A stretch of 64,000 nucleotides of DNA from a virus. Lineage: Duplodnaviria > Caudoviricetes. Each line of letters begins with the position of its first letter. Positions within the stretch are counted from its first letter, which is position 1. The stretch covers positions 64,001-128,000 of IMG/VR virus record IMGVR_UViG_3300010340_000989; one strand, written 5' to 3'. The notes under the pieces were generated by a model. That model ran no database searches, had not been told where the DNA came from, and saw nothing but the letters and a program-made list of their open reading frames with translations. A program made the translations under genes and the position numbers. Positions 39,296 to 49,831 of the stretch are shown piece after piece.

Positions 39296-40051
39296 ATGGG
39301 AAGTTTTGGAAATGTAATTCCAAAAGAAAGAAAAATATATGGAAACTGGCAAGTAAAATCACCAGAAGGAATTCTTATGTTTCGTTGTGGTGAAAAAAAA
39401 GCTATGTGGTATGTTAAGCGTGATTTAGGTGAGATAGTTCAAGATAATCCAAAAATTGTTCAACTAAAATTTCAACCTAATGGTCTCGGGAATCACCAAA
39501 AAAAGTATGGTTTAACAGAAATGTTAAACAAATGTGTTGTCTGTGGTACAGATGAATACTTAACCAGACATCACGTTGTTCCATATTGCTATCGAAAATT
39601 CTTTCCAGAATCAATAAAGTCTCATAATTTTCACGATGTTCTTTCACTTTGTATTGATTGTCATGAAAATTATGAAAAAAAAGCAACTGATTTTAAAATA
39701 AAATTATCTGAAATTTATAATGCACCAATTAATGGAGACTTATTTGATAATAAAGACTTAATAAAAGTTAGAAAGTTAGCTAGTTGCTTAGTTAATAATA
39801 TACATCAAATGCCTAAGTATAGAATCACTGAAGTTAAAAATGAAATTAAAACATATTTTGGTTTAAAAAGACTTCATATAAAAAGACTTGAGAATTTAAT
39901 GAACATAGAGTTTAAGATTATAAATAGAACACACGGTGAATTAGTTGTTAATAAAATTGATAATATCGATAGTTTTATGAAATCTTGGAGAAAACATTTC
40001 ATAGAAAATAATGAATGTAAATATTTACCAAAAAACTGGTCAGTAGAATGA
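39296..40051 (+). CDS. HNH-like protein resembling the C-terminal domain of eukaryotic EXD2
   Basis: KKAMWY, L.F.P.G, N.CVVCG, HHVVP..YRK.FP...KSHN.HDVL.LC..CH, HG..VV, WRKHF...KYLP..WSV. Confidence 0.8.
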   Translation: MGSFGNVIPKERKIYGNWQVKSPEGILMFRCGEKKAMWYVKRDLGEIVQDNPKIVQLKFQPNGLGNHQKKYGLTEMLNKCVVCGTDEYLTRHHVVPYCYRKFFPESIKSHNFHDVLSLCIDCHENYEKKATDFKIKLSEIYNAPINGDLFDNKDLIKVRKLASCLVNNIHQMPKYRITEVKNEIKTYFGLKRLHIKRLENLMNIEFKIINRTHGELVVNKIDNIDSFMKSWRKHFIENNECKYLPKNWSVE

Positions 40052-40662
40052 GAATGAGAGAAACGGATAAAAAAATTTTAGATAAAATAACTAAAGCATC
40101 TAATATAATTGCTTTAAAATCTAGAGGATCCGGTGCTAGTTGGATTATCGCTTCTGCAAAATTGACAGCAAAATTTGATGAAGTATTTAATAATAGTAAA
40201 ATCAGAGAAGAACGAGATAAAAAAATAAACGACTTATTAAGTATGAGTGATAAACAATTAAGATATGATATTACATATTTAGAAATGGCTAAAACTTGGT
40301 CAAACTTATCACACTGTGATAGAAAAAAAGTAGGAGCTTTAATAGTTAAAAACGGGATGATTATTTCTGATGGGTATAATGGTACACCATCTGGATATGA
40401 TAATTGTTGCGAAAATGACAATTGGGAAACACATTGGTATACTATACACGCCGAATCAAATGCGATTTTAAAATGTGCTAGATGGGGTCATTCTTGTGAA
40501 GGTGCTACTTTGTATTTAACTCACTCACCTTGTAAGGATTGTTCAAAATCCATATTGCAATCTGGAATAAAAAGGGTTGTATATGCTGAAAATTATAAAG
40601 ACCTTGAGGGTGTAGAATTTTTAATAAATTCTGGAGTTCAAGTAGAAAAAATAACAATTTAA
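40048..40662 (+). CDS. dCMP deaminase (core from ATG 40243) with a 65-aa N-terminal extension
   Basis: S.C.RKKVGALIVK, GYNGTPSG, HAESNAI, SPCKDC. Confidence 0.9.
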   Translation: MRMRETDKKILDKITKASNIIALKSRGSGASWIIASAKLTAKFDEVFNNSKIREERDKKINDLLSMSDKQLRYDITYLEMAKTWSNLSHCDRKKVGALIVKNGMIISDGYNGTPSGYDNCCENDNWETHWYTIHAESNAILKCARWGHSCEGATLYLTHSPCKDCSKSILQSGIKRVVYAENYKDLEGVEFLINSGVQVEKITI

Positions 40663-40663
40663 A

Positions 40664-41143
40664 ATGAAATTTGATGTCAGTTTATTTTCACAATTAGAGA
40701 AAAAAGAATTTCAGGCACATTTTAATAGTGAACTTGATATTTCATCAATGAAGCTATTCTATGATAACTGCATCAGAATGGGTGGGGATAGTAATAGTAA
40801 TATTCAGATAGCAACTATACATCCAGATATTTGGTTCGGAGATCATTTTGAGCTTTTAAATAGTAAAATAAAAATGGTTGTTGAATCACCAGTTTTTCAA
40901 TTAGTTAGAATTGAGGGTGGTCAATTAGTTTGTCAAAACTATTCATCAGATCAAATTACTTTTTCAACAGATCAAGATTTAATTAATTTTTTTGAACATA
41001 TGTCTGAATTTGGTTCTTTAGCAGTTTTTAGTCTTGTTAAATACTTAGATGTTAGAACTCTACAATCTTATTGGAACTTAAGATATAAAGATATATCTAC
41101 AAAAGAAGAGATAAGAGATAAAAAGATTAGTTCTATTATTTAA
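40664..41143 (+). CDS. hypothetical protein with C-terminal RxxK tag
   Basis: Ends RDKKISSII. Confidence 0.7.
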   Translation: MKFDVSLFSQLEKKEFQAHFNSELDISSMKLFYDNCIRMGGDSNSNIQIATIHPDIWFGDHFELLNSKIKMVVESPVFQLVRIEGGQLVCQNYSSDQITFSTDQDLINFFEHMSEFGSLAVFSLVKYLDVRTLQSYWNLRYKDISTKEEIRDKKISSII

Positions 41144-41251
41144 TATATAAATCAATTAAAATCTAATCAAGTGTTTTTGATTTGTGAGTGAGAGGTTAGG
41201 TTTCAAAACTTAAAAAAATTATGGACTCTGAGAGTTGTTATAAAAGCGAAA

Positions 41252-41515
41252 ATGAAGGAGATAAACAGAAAGAAGCTGGCGACACTATTCCTACTTTTAG
41301 GAATGTTTTTTTCACCTCTAGGCTTCGACGCAGTTCAGTATATTCTAATAAAATTGACCGGTTCCTTATTTGGTGCGAATTTGGCGTTATATTGCCTTGC
41401 GGCATTTTGCTTTGGACTCTACTTTATATTTTCGGGATATAATCCCATTTCAGAAGTTCGAAATATAGTTTTGAGTATTTATAATGATAAAATAAAACAT
41501 TATTTCAAGAGGTAG
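41252..41515 (+). CDS. small membrane protein (2 TM)
   Basis: Two hydrophobic segments. Confidence 0.6.
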   Translation: MKEINRKKLATLFLLLGMFFSPLGFDAVQYILIKLTGSLFGANLALYCLAAFCFGLYFIFSGYNPISEVRNIVLSIYNDKIKHYFKR

Positions 41516-42299
41516 TTTCACATCTTAAATCTAAGATTTTAATATACAACTCATTATTTTCATCAATTTTATCAGATTTTATTATATTATCTTTTGACCA
41601 CATAGGTCTTAGATTGGAATAGTGACTTAACATTATTATTTCTTTTTCATTTTTTGCAAAAGATATTGGGATTATATGATCAACATGCCACAATTCTCTT
41701 TTTTCCCAACTCATTCCGTCTAAAAATTGAGATTCTATATATGTTCTTAATTCAGAAGCGCTGCATCCAACTATTTCATACCATTGACTATTAGTGCTGA
41801 ATTTTTTCATTATCCTTTTTGATTTAAGTATTCTTCTTATACCACCACTTATTCTATTTTTTATTAAATATAAAGGATCGTTTTTAAGAACATCCTTTTT
41901 ATATCTTTTAGCTCTTTGATTTATTTTTTCTCTGTTATTTTTTGAGTATTCACTATTTCTCTTTTTAATTTCTTCTTTATTTAATTCATATCTGATTTTA
42001 GATTTTTGTGACTCAGATTCTTTTTTCTCTGAATATCTTTTTTTCAAATATTCTTTCTGACAAATAAAACATATTCTTTTACTTTTAACAAAGTCCTCGA
42101 CTAACTTTTCGTTATTACAAACCCTACACACCTTAGTGGTTTTAGGTTCTAATTTATATGGATTATCTTTATTACCTTTCCTATATTCCCTCAAATATAA
42201 AATTCTACATCTTTTACAATCATTTCGATAATTTCCTTCTTTTCTAATTGAAAATTCAGACAATTTTTTTTCTATTTTACATATATTACAAGTTTTCAT
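41505..42299 (-). mobile_element. free-standing HNH-like endonuclease with CxxC repeats
   Basis: K.C..C...K...F twice; GMSWE...WHVDHIIP...HYSNLRPMW..DN..KS. Confidence 0.8.
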
Positions 42300-42370
42300 A
42301 TTTTATATATTAAATCCATTTGGGTTCGTTATAAAAATGTTTTTCAATTAAGAATCTTAATATATAAGAA

Positions 42371-42940
42371 ATGAAAGTAATTAAATTTATTGATTTTATA
42401 AACGAGAATTTACACGACACACCAGAGGAATATATTAAAATTGCTCTAAGTAAATTAAAAAAGAAAATTGAATCTTTTTTTGAGGTTGCTAAACCAGAAG
42501 GTGAAGAAGAGGAAAAGTTTATAACTATGAGTGATGCCTTGAAAAAAGGAAAAGAAGAAGAAAAGAAAAAATCTGAAATATCTTTTGCAGAGTTAGGTTT
42601 AAAGTTAGAAAGCTCAGAATTAAGTAAATATTCATCTTTAAATGATAGTATTAAATTTATAATGTCTGATGAAGATTTTAGATATGATTTAACAATTATA
42701 ATTCCATTAGATGAGGCAAAAGTAACAGACACTGATAAAGATTTTACAGACACTGATATTAAAAAATGTTATATTAAATTTAAAAAATATGACATGAAAA
42801 ATAATGTTGAATTAATTGGTCAAATTAATAAAAATGTGGAAATAAGTTCAATAGATGAAAATCTTTTAATTGATCTTAAAATTCAATTAGATGATGAATA
42901 TGGTGATGGTGATGAAAAATTAGAAATAGAAACTGAATAG
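42371..42940 (+). CDS. acidic hypothetical protein with N-terminal leader
   Basis: MKVIKFIDFINE; TAATATATA at 42358-42366. Confidence 0.75.
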   Translation: MKVIKFIDFINENLHDTPEEYIKIALSKLKKKIESFFEVAKPEGEEEEKFITMSDALKKGKEEEKKKSEISFAELGLKLESSELSKYSSLNDSIKFIMSDEDFRYDLTIIIPLDEAKVTDTDKDFTDTDIKKCYIKFKKYDMKNNVELIGQINKNVEISSIDENLLIDLKIQLDDEYGDGDEKLEIETE

Positions 42941-42968
42941 GAAACATATTCACTCTAATAAATAGAGT

Positions 42969-43466
42969 ATGTATAATATTGTAACTAAACCATCAATAAT
43001 CAACGAGATTAAAAAGTCAAAATATTATAGACAAAGTCTCGGACTAGTAACAACCATAGAACATAATGGTCAAAGACGATATAACGAGAAAGATAAATTC
43101 AGCTTTTTCTATAACACAACATATAAAACAAATATTCAAATGCAGGGTAATCTTGGAGACATTGTTGTCTATTTAGATTACTATATTCAGGAAGAAGTTT
43201 TGGCATTATATTATAATCAAGAAGAATTTGTATTTAATTTTGACCCTAATATGATCAAAGAAAAAGGTATAGAATTCTATCTAGGACACCTTTTAAAAAC
43301 TGTCGAAACTCAATATGAGGAAAGAATTAAAGCAGCTGAAGAAAAGAAGATTGAAGTGAAAAAAGAAGGAAATGCTGATATTTTAAAAGAAAATCCAGGG
43401 ATGGTATCTTATGAAGATCTTAAAGCGTATTTAGCTGAGAAAGCTAAAAATAGATATACTAGTTGA
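42969..43466 (+). CDS. hypothetical protein
   Basis: ORF track. Confidence 0.7.
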   Translation: MYNIVTKPSIINEIKKSKYYRQSLGLVTTIEHNGQRRYNEKDKFSFFYNTTYKTNIQMQGNLGDIVVYLDYYIQEEVLALYYNQEEFVFNFDPNMIKEKGIEFYLGHLLKTVETQYEERIKAAEEKKIEVKKEGNADILKENPGMVSYEDLKAYLAEKAKNRYTS

Positions 43467-43704
43467 GAAAATTTCTCACAAGAAAATAATATATTTCTTT
43501 TTTAGTCTCATCATCAAAATCATCAAAATCAAATTGATAATCTAAATCATCAACAATTTTGTGAAGATAGATCTTATCTTTATCTTTTCTCCATTCAATT
43601 GTATTGAATAATAAACCATTAACCAGTTGAATATCTATAACAACTTCGAATAAATCTATCGCAAGCCACTTAACTATTGGTATAATACTGATTTTATAAT
43701 TCAT
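43459..43704 (-). CDS. hypothetical protein
   Basis: TAATATATA at 43709-43717 (-). Confidence 0.6.
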   Translation of the reverse strand: MNYKISIIPIVKWLAIDLFEVVIDIQLVNGLLFNTIEWRKDKDKIYLHKIVDDLDYQFDFDDFDDETKKEIYYFLVRNFLN

Positions 43705-43783
43705 ATATTATATATTAATGATAGGACTTAAATAAGATCACAATGCTTATTTATTTTAAAATTTATTTATAATATATAAAATA

Positions 43784-44425
43784 ATGAAAAAGATAACAGA
43801 AGAATTATTAAAAGACGCATTTATTGATTTGATTGATAATGGATGGCTTTTAAGGCTTAATAAAACCATTTATGTTGTTCATAAAGATGGGAATGGTGAA
43901 TCCGGAAATACAATCTCACAAGCTTTGAAAAGTTTTACAAATACTAATAAAGCGGAAGAAGCAAAATGTAATAAATTAATTACAATATCTATCAATAAAC
44001 CTAATAATGATATTTTAAATTTTAGAGAATATAAAGAATTTCAACAAGATTTTTTAGGATCGTTATCTAGCTTCTGTGATGAAATTGAAGTTGATGAAGA
44101 TAAAGTCACTGTCGAAAATGGATTTGGAAGCGAACAAACAATTACAATTATTCAAGATGAATTTAATATTAAAAATATTGTAAAATTTACTAATATTTGT
44201 AGAATATTTAATATTAAATTTAATGGTAAAATTTCTATCGGATTATATGATGATGGTATTAAATTAAATATGCCTAGTGATGTAAAAGGAATAGCAACAA
44301 ACGGATGGTATCAGTTTAAAAGAGAAGCATTGGAAATGATTAGTAAAGATTTTGATATAATTGAAAAAGATTTTTCCTTATATTTGCATCCAAAATTTGA
44401 ATTCATAGAAAATGAAAATATTTAA
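43784..44425 (+). CDS. hypothetical protein, DIL.DL.D family-like
   Basis: LLKDAFIDLIDNGW; TAATATATA at 43770-43778. Confidence 0.7.
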   Translation: MKKITEELLKDAFIDLIDNGWLLRLNKTIYVVHKDGNGESGNTISQALKSFTNTNKAEEAKCNKLITISINKPNNDILNFREYKEFQQDFLGSLSSFCDEIEVDEDKVTVENGFGSEQTITIIQDEFNIKNIVKFTNICRIFNIKFNGKISIGLYDDGIKLNMPSDVKGIATNGWYQFKREALEMISKDFDIIEKDFSLYLHPKFEFIENENI

Positions 44426-45674
44426 CTACTTACAATTTATCACAGAATCTAACGATTTATCAACACATTATCTTCCATCTTATGAAGATTGTTTGGAAAT
44501 GTGCACAAAAGAAGAATCTGCTTTCTATGAGTCAAAATTTACTATTGATGGTTATAACATCTCAGTATTTAACTATCGTCTCGCTCAATATAAAGACTTT
44601 GTAACACCTTTAGAAAATAGACCAGAAGTCAAAGCATACGAAATGAGAGGATTGACATTTGTATTTAATGAAGATGGTTCATTATTTAAGAGATTTTTAT
44701 TGCTTGAAAAGTTTTTCAACATTAATCAAGTTCCAGAATCCATGTATTCTATTGTCAAGGATTACAAAATTAAATTTGTCAATAATAAAGAAGATGGCTC
44801 TATTGCTTCTTATATAAAATTACCCAATGGTAAAATATTAGGTAAATCCAAAATGGGATTTGATAACGAACAAGCCAATGGTATAAATAGAATTTATAGA
44901 ACTAGAAAAGATATAAAAATATTTGTTGATTGGTGTTTGGATAATGATATTACATCTATTTTTGAGTATGTATCACCAGCAAATCGTATTGTTCTAAGAT
45001 ATTTAGAAGAAGATCTTATTCTTTTAAGAATGAGAGATAATAGAACTGGTAAACACCTAAACATCAAAGACTATTTAGATAAAATTGATACTATCAGAAT
45101 CGCACCATTTGAAGATGATAACAAAGATTTAGACTCTTTGGTGGAAGTTATTGCTAAAGAAGTTGATAAAGAAGGCGTTATTGTTCAAACAGAAGATAAA
45201 TATGGTAGAGACTTTTTCTTTAAAATTAAAACTCCTTGGTACTGTGAACGTCACGGTCTATTGACTAATGATATTTATAGAGAACATATCATAATTGGTT
45301 ATATCTTAGATGATAAAATTGATGATATTCTTGGACAAATACCAGAAGATGAAAAAGAAGCACACTTGAGAATAAATAAAATTATTCAAATTGTTAAAAA
45401 AGTAATTGATGAAAAAGTTGCTGATATTAAAAAATCATATCAAGTTTATCTAGATATGGGTTCTAATAATAAAGAATATTCTTTGAAGTATTATAGAAAA
45501 GAGCCAAACTTTTCTTATGTAATGGGTGTTGCTAAAGGTATGGATATTTACGAATTGGCTAAAGATTGGCTAAGAGATAATACTAAAAGATTAATGTTAG
45601 CTAGAGATTTTTTAAAGAAAAAAGATCCAAGTCTTTTCTTCCAAGAACCAAATGAGGAAAATTTAGATTCATAA
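44412..45674 (+). CDS. RNA ligase, T4 Rnl1 family
   Basis: FNY, EMRGLTF, EKFFN, motif I KEDGS, FEYVSP.NRIV..Y, EGVIV, KIKT.WY..RH. Confidence 0.9.
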   Translation: MKIFNYLQFITESNDLSTHYLPSYEDCLEMCTKEESAFYESKFTIDGYNISVFNYRLAQYKDFVTPLENRPEVKAYEMRGLTFVFNEDGSLFKRFLLLEKFFNINQVPESMYSIVKDYKIKFVNNKEDGSIASYIKLPNGKILGKSKMGFDNEQANGINRIYRTRKDIKIFVDWCLDNDITSIFEYVSPANRIVLRYLEEDLILLRMRDNRTGKHLNIKDYLDKIDTIRIAPFEDDNKDLDSLVEVIAKEVDKEGVIVQTEDKYGRDFFFKIKTPWYCERHGLLTNDIYREHIIIGYILDDKIDDILGQIPEDEKEAHLRINKIIQIVKKVIDEKVADIKKSYQVYLDMGSNNKEYSLKYYRKEPNFSYVMGVAKGMDIYELAKDWLRDNTKRLMLARDFLKKKDPSLFFQEPNEENLDS

Positions 45675-45817
45675 AAACTTTTTATTTTTTATTAATACAA
45701 TACTAATAAACCACATAAATGACAACTTGTCATTTAATATGTCAAATAATATATAGAAAACTATTTTAATATTTTGGCATACAATTTGTAAATATAATTT
45801 TAAAAATAATATAATAT

Positions 45818-47683
45818 ATGAGCAAAAACGTAATAATTGGGATTGATCTAGGTACAACTAACTCAGCAGTTGCTGTTATAGAAAACGGAGAACCCATTGT
45901 AATCACAAATTCAGAAGGTAAAAGAACAACACCTTCAATCGTTGGATTCACAGAAAATGATAGAAAAGTAGGTGATCCTGCTAAAAGACAAGCAGTTATA
46001 AATCCAACAAAAACAATCTATTCTATCAAAAGATTTATCGGTAAAGACTTTAGTAAGTGCTCTGATGAAATTACAAGAGTTCCTTACAAAGTTGTGAATA
46101 ATGGATCAAATGTTCCATCAGTTCAGATAGATGATAGAAAATATACACCACAAGAAATTTCAGCAATGATTCTTCAAAAAATGAAAAAAACGGCTGAAGA
46201 TTATCTTGGATATGAAGTAAAACGAGCTGTTATTACAGTACCAGCTTATTTTGGAGATGCTGAGAGAACCGCAACAATAGAAGCCGGTAAAATTGCCGGA
46301 CTTGAAGTTGAACGTATTATTAATGAACCAACAGCAGCAGCTTTGGCATATGGACTTGATAAAAAAAATAAAGATGCTAAAATTTTAGTATTTGACTGTG
46401 GTGGTGGTACACATGATGTATCAGTTCTTGAGATTGGAGATGGGGTTTTTGAAGTTAAATCTACTGATGGTGATGTTCATTTAGGTGGTGATGATTTTGA
46501 TAATGCAATTATCACTTGGATGGTTAATGAGTTTAAATCAGAAAATTCTATGGATTTATCCAAAGATCCTATGGCTCTTCAAAGATTAAAAGAAGCTGCT
46601 GAAAAAGCTAAAATTGAATTGAGTTCAACAAGTGAGAGTGAGATTAATCTTCCTTATATAATTGCAAAAGATGGAATGCCATTACACTTTGTTAAAAAAT
46701 TGACTCGTTCTAAATTTGATCAATTAACATCATCTCTTGTCGATAGAGCTATTGCCTGTGCTAAAACTGCATTAAAAAATGCTGGAATTAAAGCATCAGA
46801 TATTGATGAAATCATTTTAGTAGGTGGATCTACAAGAATTCCATCAATTCAAGAAGCAATTGAAAAGAATTTTAATAAAAAACCAAATAAATCAGTAAAT
46901 CCGGATGAAGTTGTAGCTATAGGTGCAGCTATTCAAGGAGCTGTTTTAAATGGTAGTATTACAGACGTTTTACTTCTTGATGTTACCCCACTTTCATTAG
47001 GTATTGAAACAATGGGTGGTGTATTCACAAAATTGATTGAAGCAAATACAACAATTCCAACAAGAAAATCAGAAACATTCTCAACTGCATCAGATAACCA
47101 ACCATCGGTTGAAATTCACGTTCTTCAAGGTGAAAGACCAATGGCTCGTGATAACAGATCACTTGGTAGATTCCATTTAGATGGTATTATGTCAGCACCA
47201 CGAGGAATTCCAAAAATTGAATGTACTATTGATATTGATGCTAATGGAATACTTTCAGTAACCGCTAAGGATCAAGCAACAGGGAAAGAAAATAAAATAC
47301 GAATTGAAGGAGGATCACAACTTTCTAAAGAAGAAATTGAAAGAATGAAAGCTGAAGCTGAAGCAAATGCTGAGTCTGATAAACTTGAAAAAGAAAAAGT
47401 AGATAAATTGAATCAAGCAGATAATATGATTTTTCAAACAGAAAAACAAATTAAAGAGTTTGATGAGAAATTAACTGAGGCTGATAAAACAGACCTAAAT
47501 AATATTCTTAATGAATTAAGAACCGCTCATAAAGATCAAGAAATTGATAAAATTGATTCTGAAATGAATAAATTAAATGAAACTTGGTCACGAATTAGTA
47601 CAAATTTATATTCACAAACTAATTCAGAAGAAGCTGGTGATGGTGCCCCGGCTGAAGATATTAACTTTGAAGAGGTTAAGTAA
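45818..47683 (+). CDS. dnaK: Hsp70 chaperone DnaK
   Basis: [43 protein letters not shown]. Confidence 0.98.
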   Translation: MSKNVIIGIDLGTTNSAVAVIENGEPIVITNSEGKRTTPSIVGFTENDRKVGDPAKRQAVINPTKTIYSIKRFIGKDFSKCSDEITRVPYKVVNNGSNVPSVQIDDRKYTPQEISAMILQKMKKTAEDYLGYEVKRAVITVPAYFGDAERTATIEAGKIAGLEVERIINEPTAAALAYGLDKKNKDAKILVFDCGGGTHDVSVLEIGDGVFEVKSTDGDVHLGGDDFDNAIITWMVNEFKSENSMDLSKDPMALQRLKEAAEKAKIELSSTSESEINLPYIIAKDGMPLHFVKKLTRSKFDQLTSSLVDRAIACAKTALKNAGIKASDIDEIILVGGSTRIPSIQEAIEKNFNKKPNKSVNPDEVVAIGAAIQGAVLNGSITDVLLLDVTPLSLGIETMGGVFTKLIEANTTIPTRKSETFSTASDNQPSVEIHVLQGERPMARDNRSLGRFHLDGIMSAPRGIPKIECTIDIDANGILSVTAKDQATGKENKIRIEGGSQLSKEEIERMKAEAEANAESDKLEKEKVDKLNQADNMIFQTEKQIKEFDEKLTEADKTDLNNILNELRTAHKDQEIDKIDSEMNKLNETWSRISTNLYSQTNSEEAGDGAPAEDINFEEVK

Positions 47684-47684
47684 T

Positions 47685-47719
47685 AAAAAAACCCCACTCA
47701 AATTGAGTGGGGTTTTTTT
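47685..47719. terminator. bidirectional intrinsic terminator
   Basis: aaaaaaaccccactcaa-a-ttgagtggggttttttt. Confidence 0.88.
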
Positions 47720-47721
47720 AT

Positions 47722-48972
47722 TTATTCATCGTAAGGATCAATCTCATCATACCCTCCACCAGTACTCTGAAGTTCATAATTGGCTTTAATTGCACTACCT
47801 TTATTGGATAATTCACCAGTTTCAGAATTTAAATACATTAATGAATCTAAATATGGAAATTCATCTTCCCATTTTTGTAAATCAACTATAATAGTTTGAT
47901 TATTTTTTGTATCCGATCCGTTTTCAATTGTAAAATCTGATCCATAATTTTTAGATTTTCTATACCACCATCCATTTTTTTCTGCAAATTTTCGGAATAA
48001 ATCAATATCATTATCTTTAGTTGTATAAATTCTATCCATAAAATAATAATCATCTCTTGTTTTCCAAAGTAATGCTCTTCCAACTATTTTATTTGATGTG
48101 TATTTACCGTTTAAAATCTCACCATTTTCATCATATAATATAACTAATTGACAAACATCTGGATTAGCAGAATATATGTATAAATAACTACCAGGAACTT
48201 CCGACATACAAGAATTTGCTAAAGTGCCATTGTCCTGATCATAATAATTATCTAAATTATACCAATAAGTTATATCATCACCTTTAACAATATTAAATCT
48301 ATTAAAAGAATCATTTATAATATCAATTGTAGATTTATATTGATTTACAAATTTCTCAATATCAGAATCATTAGCATTAATTTTAGTTGCCCTAATAAGA
48401 GCTCTAATTATTCTTCCTATTTTTATTTTATTCCTATTAGTAGTCCAAACTTTTTGAAAAGAAGAATCATACTCTTCAAGAGCTTCCTTATTAATAATAG
48501 TTCTTTTTCCTTTATCTTCTTCTTCCCCATGGATCGATAGAGTACATTCGAATAAACAGTATATCTTACCACTTGAACCTACTGTTGTCCCAAGTATTTT
48601 ACCAACTGTTCCAAATTCGGGTTGATAGACATCCTGAGTTCTTGTATGATTTAAATTATCATATATTCTTTGATTTCTTTCAGATCCTGTTAAATATCTT
48701 CCACTATCAATAACTTTATATAATTCTTCTTTGTCACCTATCAACTCTTTAGCTTTTCTATCAGGTATAAAACTAACAGTATCATTTTCATCAGTTGTAT
48801 CAATATAATTATATTGAGTATCAATATCTACATCTTGTAAAGACATAATTTGGTTAGAAAGAGGGGATTTTATAGAACTCAATGCACTATAAAATCTTTT
48901 AGAAAATCCAATTTTAGATTCAAATAGTTTTTCTAATTTTTTTTCTAATAAAAAATCAAAATAATTAAACAT
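47722..48972 (-). CDS. phage hypothetical protein with N-terminal leader
   Basis: MFNYFDFLLE; GTLANSCM, GRALLW, MDRIYT, FPYLDS. Confidence 0.75.
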   Translation of the reverse strand: MFNYFDFLLEKKLEKLFESKIGFSKRFYSALSSIKSPLSNQIMSLQDVDIDTQYNYIDTTDENDTVSFIPDRKAKELIGDKEELYKVIDSGRYLTGSERNQRIYDNLNHTRTQDVYQPEFGTVGKILGTTVGSSGKIYCLFECTLSIHGEEEDKGKRTIINKEALEEYDSSFQKVWTTNRNKIKIGRIIRALIRATKINANDSDIEKFVNQYKSTIDIINDSFNRFNIVKGDDITYWYNLDNYYDQDNGTLANSCMSEVPGSYLYIYSANPDVCQLVILYDENGEILNGKYTSNKIVGRALLWKTRDDYYFMDRIYTTKDNDIDLFRKFAEKNGWWYRKSKNYGSDFTIENGSDTKNNQTIIVDLQKWEDEFPYLDSLMYLNSETGELSNKGSAIKANYELQSTGGGYDEIDPYDE

Positions 48973-49020
48973 ATTGATAAATAATATTTATTCTTATATA
49001 TAAAATATAAGAATTAACAT

Positions 49021-49236
49021 TCAATCTTTATTTTTTTTTATCTTATAATCTCCCTTAGATTTTAAACCACTTCCATCAAGAAAATTATCTAATGATGTTA
49101 TTTTTTTATTTATCCAGATTCCTTTAGATCTGTAATAAATTTTAACCATCACATGTCCTAATTCAGTTATATAAATTTTTTCAAGGACACCGACACCATT
49201 TGGTGTTTCAATTTCAGTTTGGATAAGATCTTTCAA
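49021..49236 (-). CDS. hypothetical protein
   Basis: ORF track, TTG start. Confidence 0.55.
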   Translation of the reverse strand: MKDLIQTEIETPNGVGVLEKIYITELGHVMVKIYYRSKGIWINKKITSLDNFLDGSGLKSKGDYKIKKNKD

Positions 49237-49343
49237 TTCATTTAAAATTTAGTTTTTCGTATTAAAAAATATGTTTATATATAACTTTCGATTTTCAACT
49301 TTTTCATATTTTTAAGTTATAACTAATAAATTATAATTTTTTA

Positions 49344-49829
49344 ATGAGAATAACTGTAACACCAGAAGATTTAGTGCGTAGATGCCTTTGGGATCACTAT
49401 GTATATTACATAGTCGGATCGGATAAAGAGGCTGAGAAGATTTTAAAAGAAAATAAAGAGTTTGAAGTAACCGAAAAAGAAGCTCTTGTAATTGGATTAC
49501 TCAAAGTAATTGAGACAGATAATTTGATACACAAATATAATACCTATATAGTTGATTTCTTATCTAATAAATCAATAAATAATAATTCACAAGTTCTTAT
49601 TAGAAAAAAGGCTTTGGAAATATGTGTTGATAAATTTCTGGATAAATTTCCAGACTATTGGATCCCCAATGCTGTTTATAAAAATTCTTTATCAGAACTT
49701 GTTGATTATATTGAAGAATTTAAAATAAAAATTGAAAAATTAGAGATACATAAAGTATCTGATCAATTTGGAACCTATGAATTTGTAGTATCAAACAATG
49801 TTAAAAAACAACTATCATTTAATTACTAA
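49344..49829 (+). CDS. hypothetical protein
   Basis: First gene of the grpE operon. Confidence 0.7.
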   Translation: MRITVTPEDLVRRCLWDHYVYYIVGSDKEAEKILKENKEFEVTEKEALVIGLLKVIETDNLIHKYNTYIVDFLSNKSINNNSQVLIRKKALEICVDKFLDKFPDYWIPNAVYKNSLSELVDYIEEFKIKIEKLEIHKVSDQFGTYEFVVSNNVKKQLSFNY

Positions 49830-49831
49830 TT

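Noticed and set aside
49237-49343. tRNA or structured ncRNA in intergenic gaps (also 12144-12282, 41144-41251, 45675-45817)
   Set aside because: No cloverleaf, T-loop GTTCRA or GC-rich stems seen; the gaps look like AT-rich promoter regions
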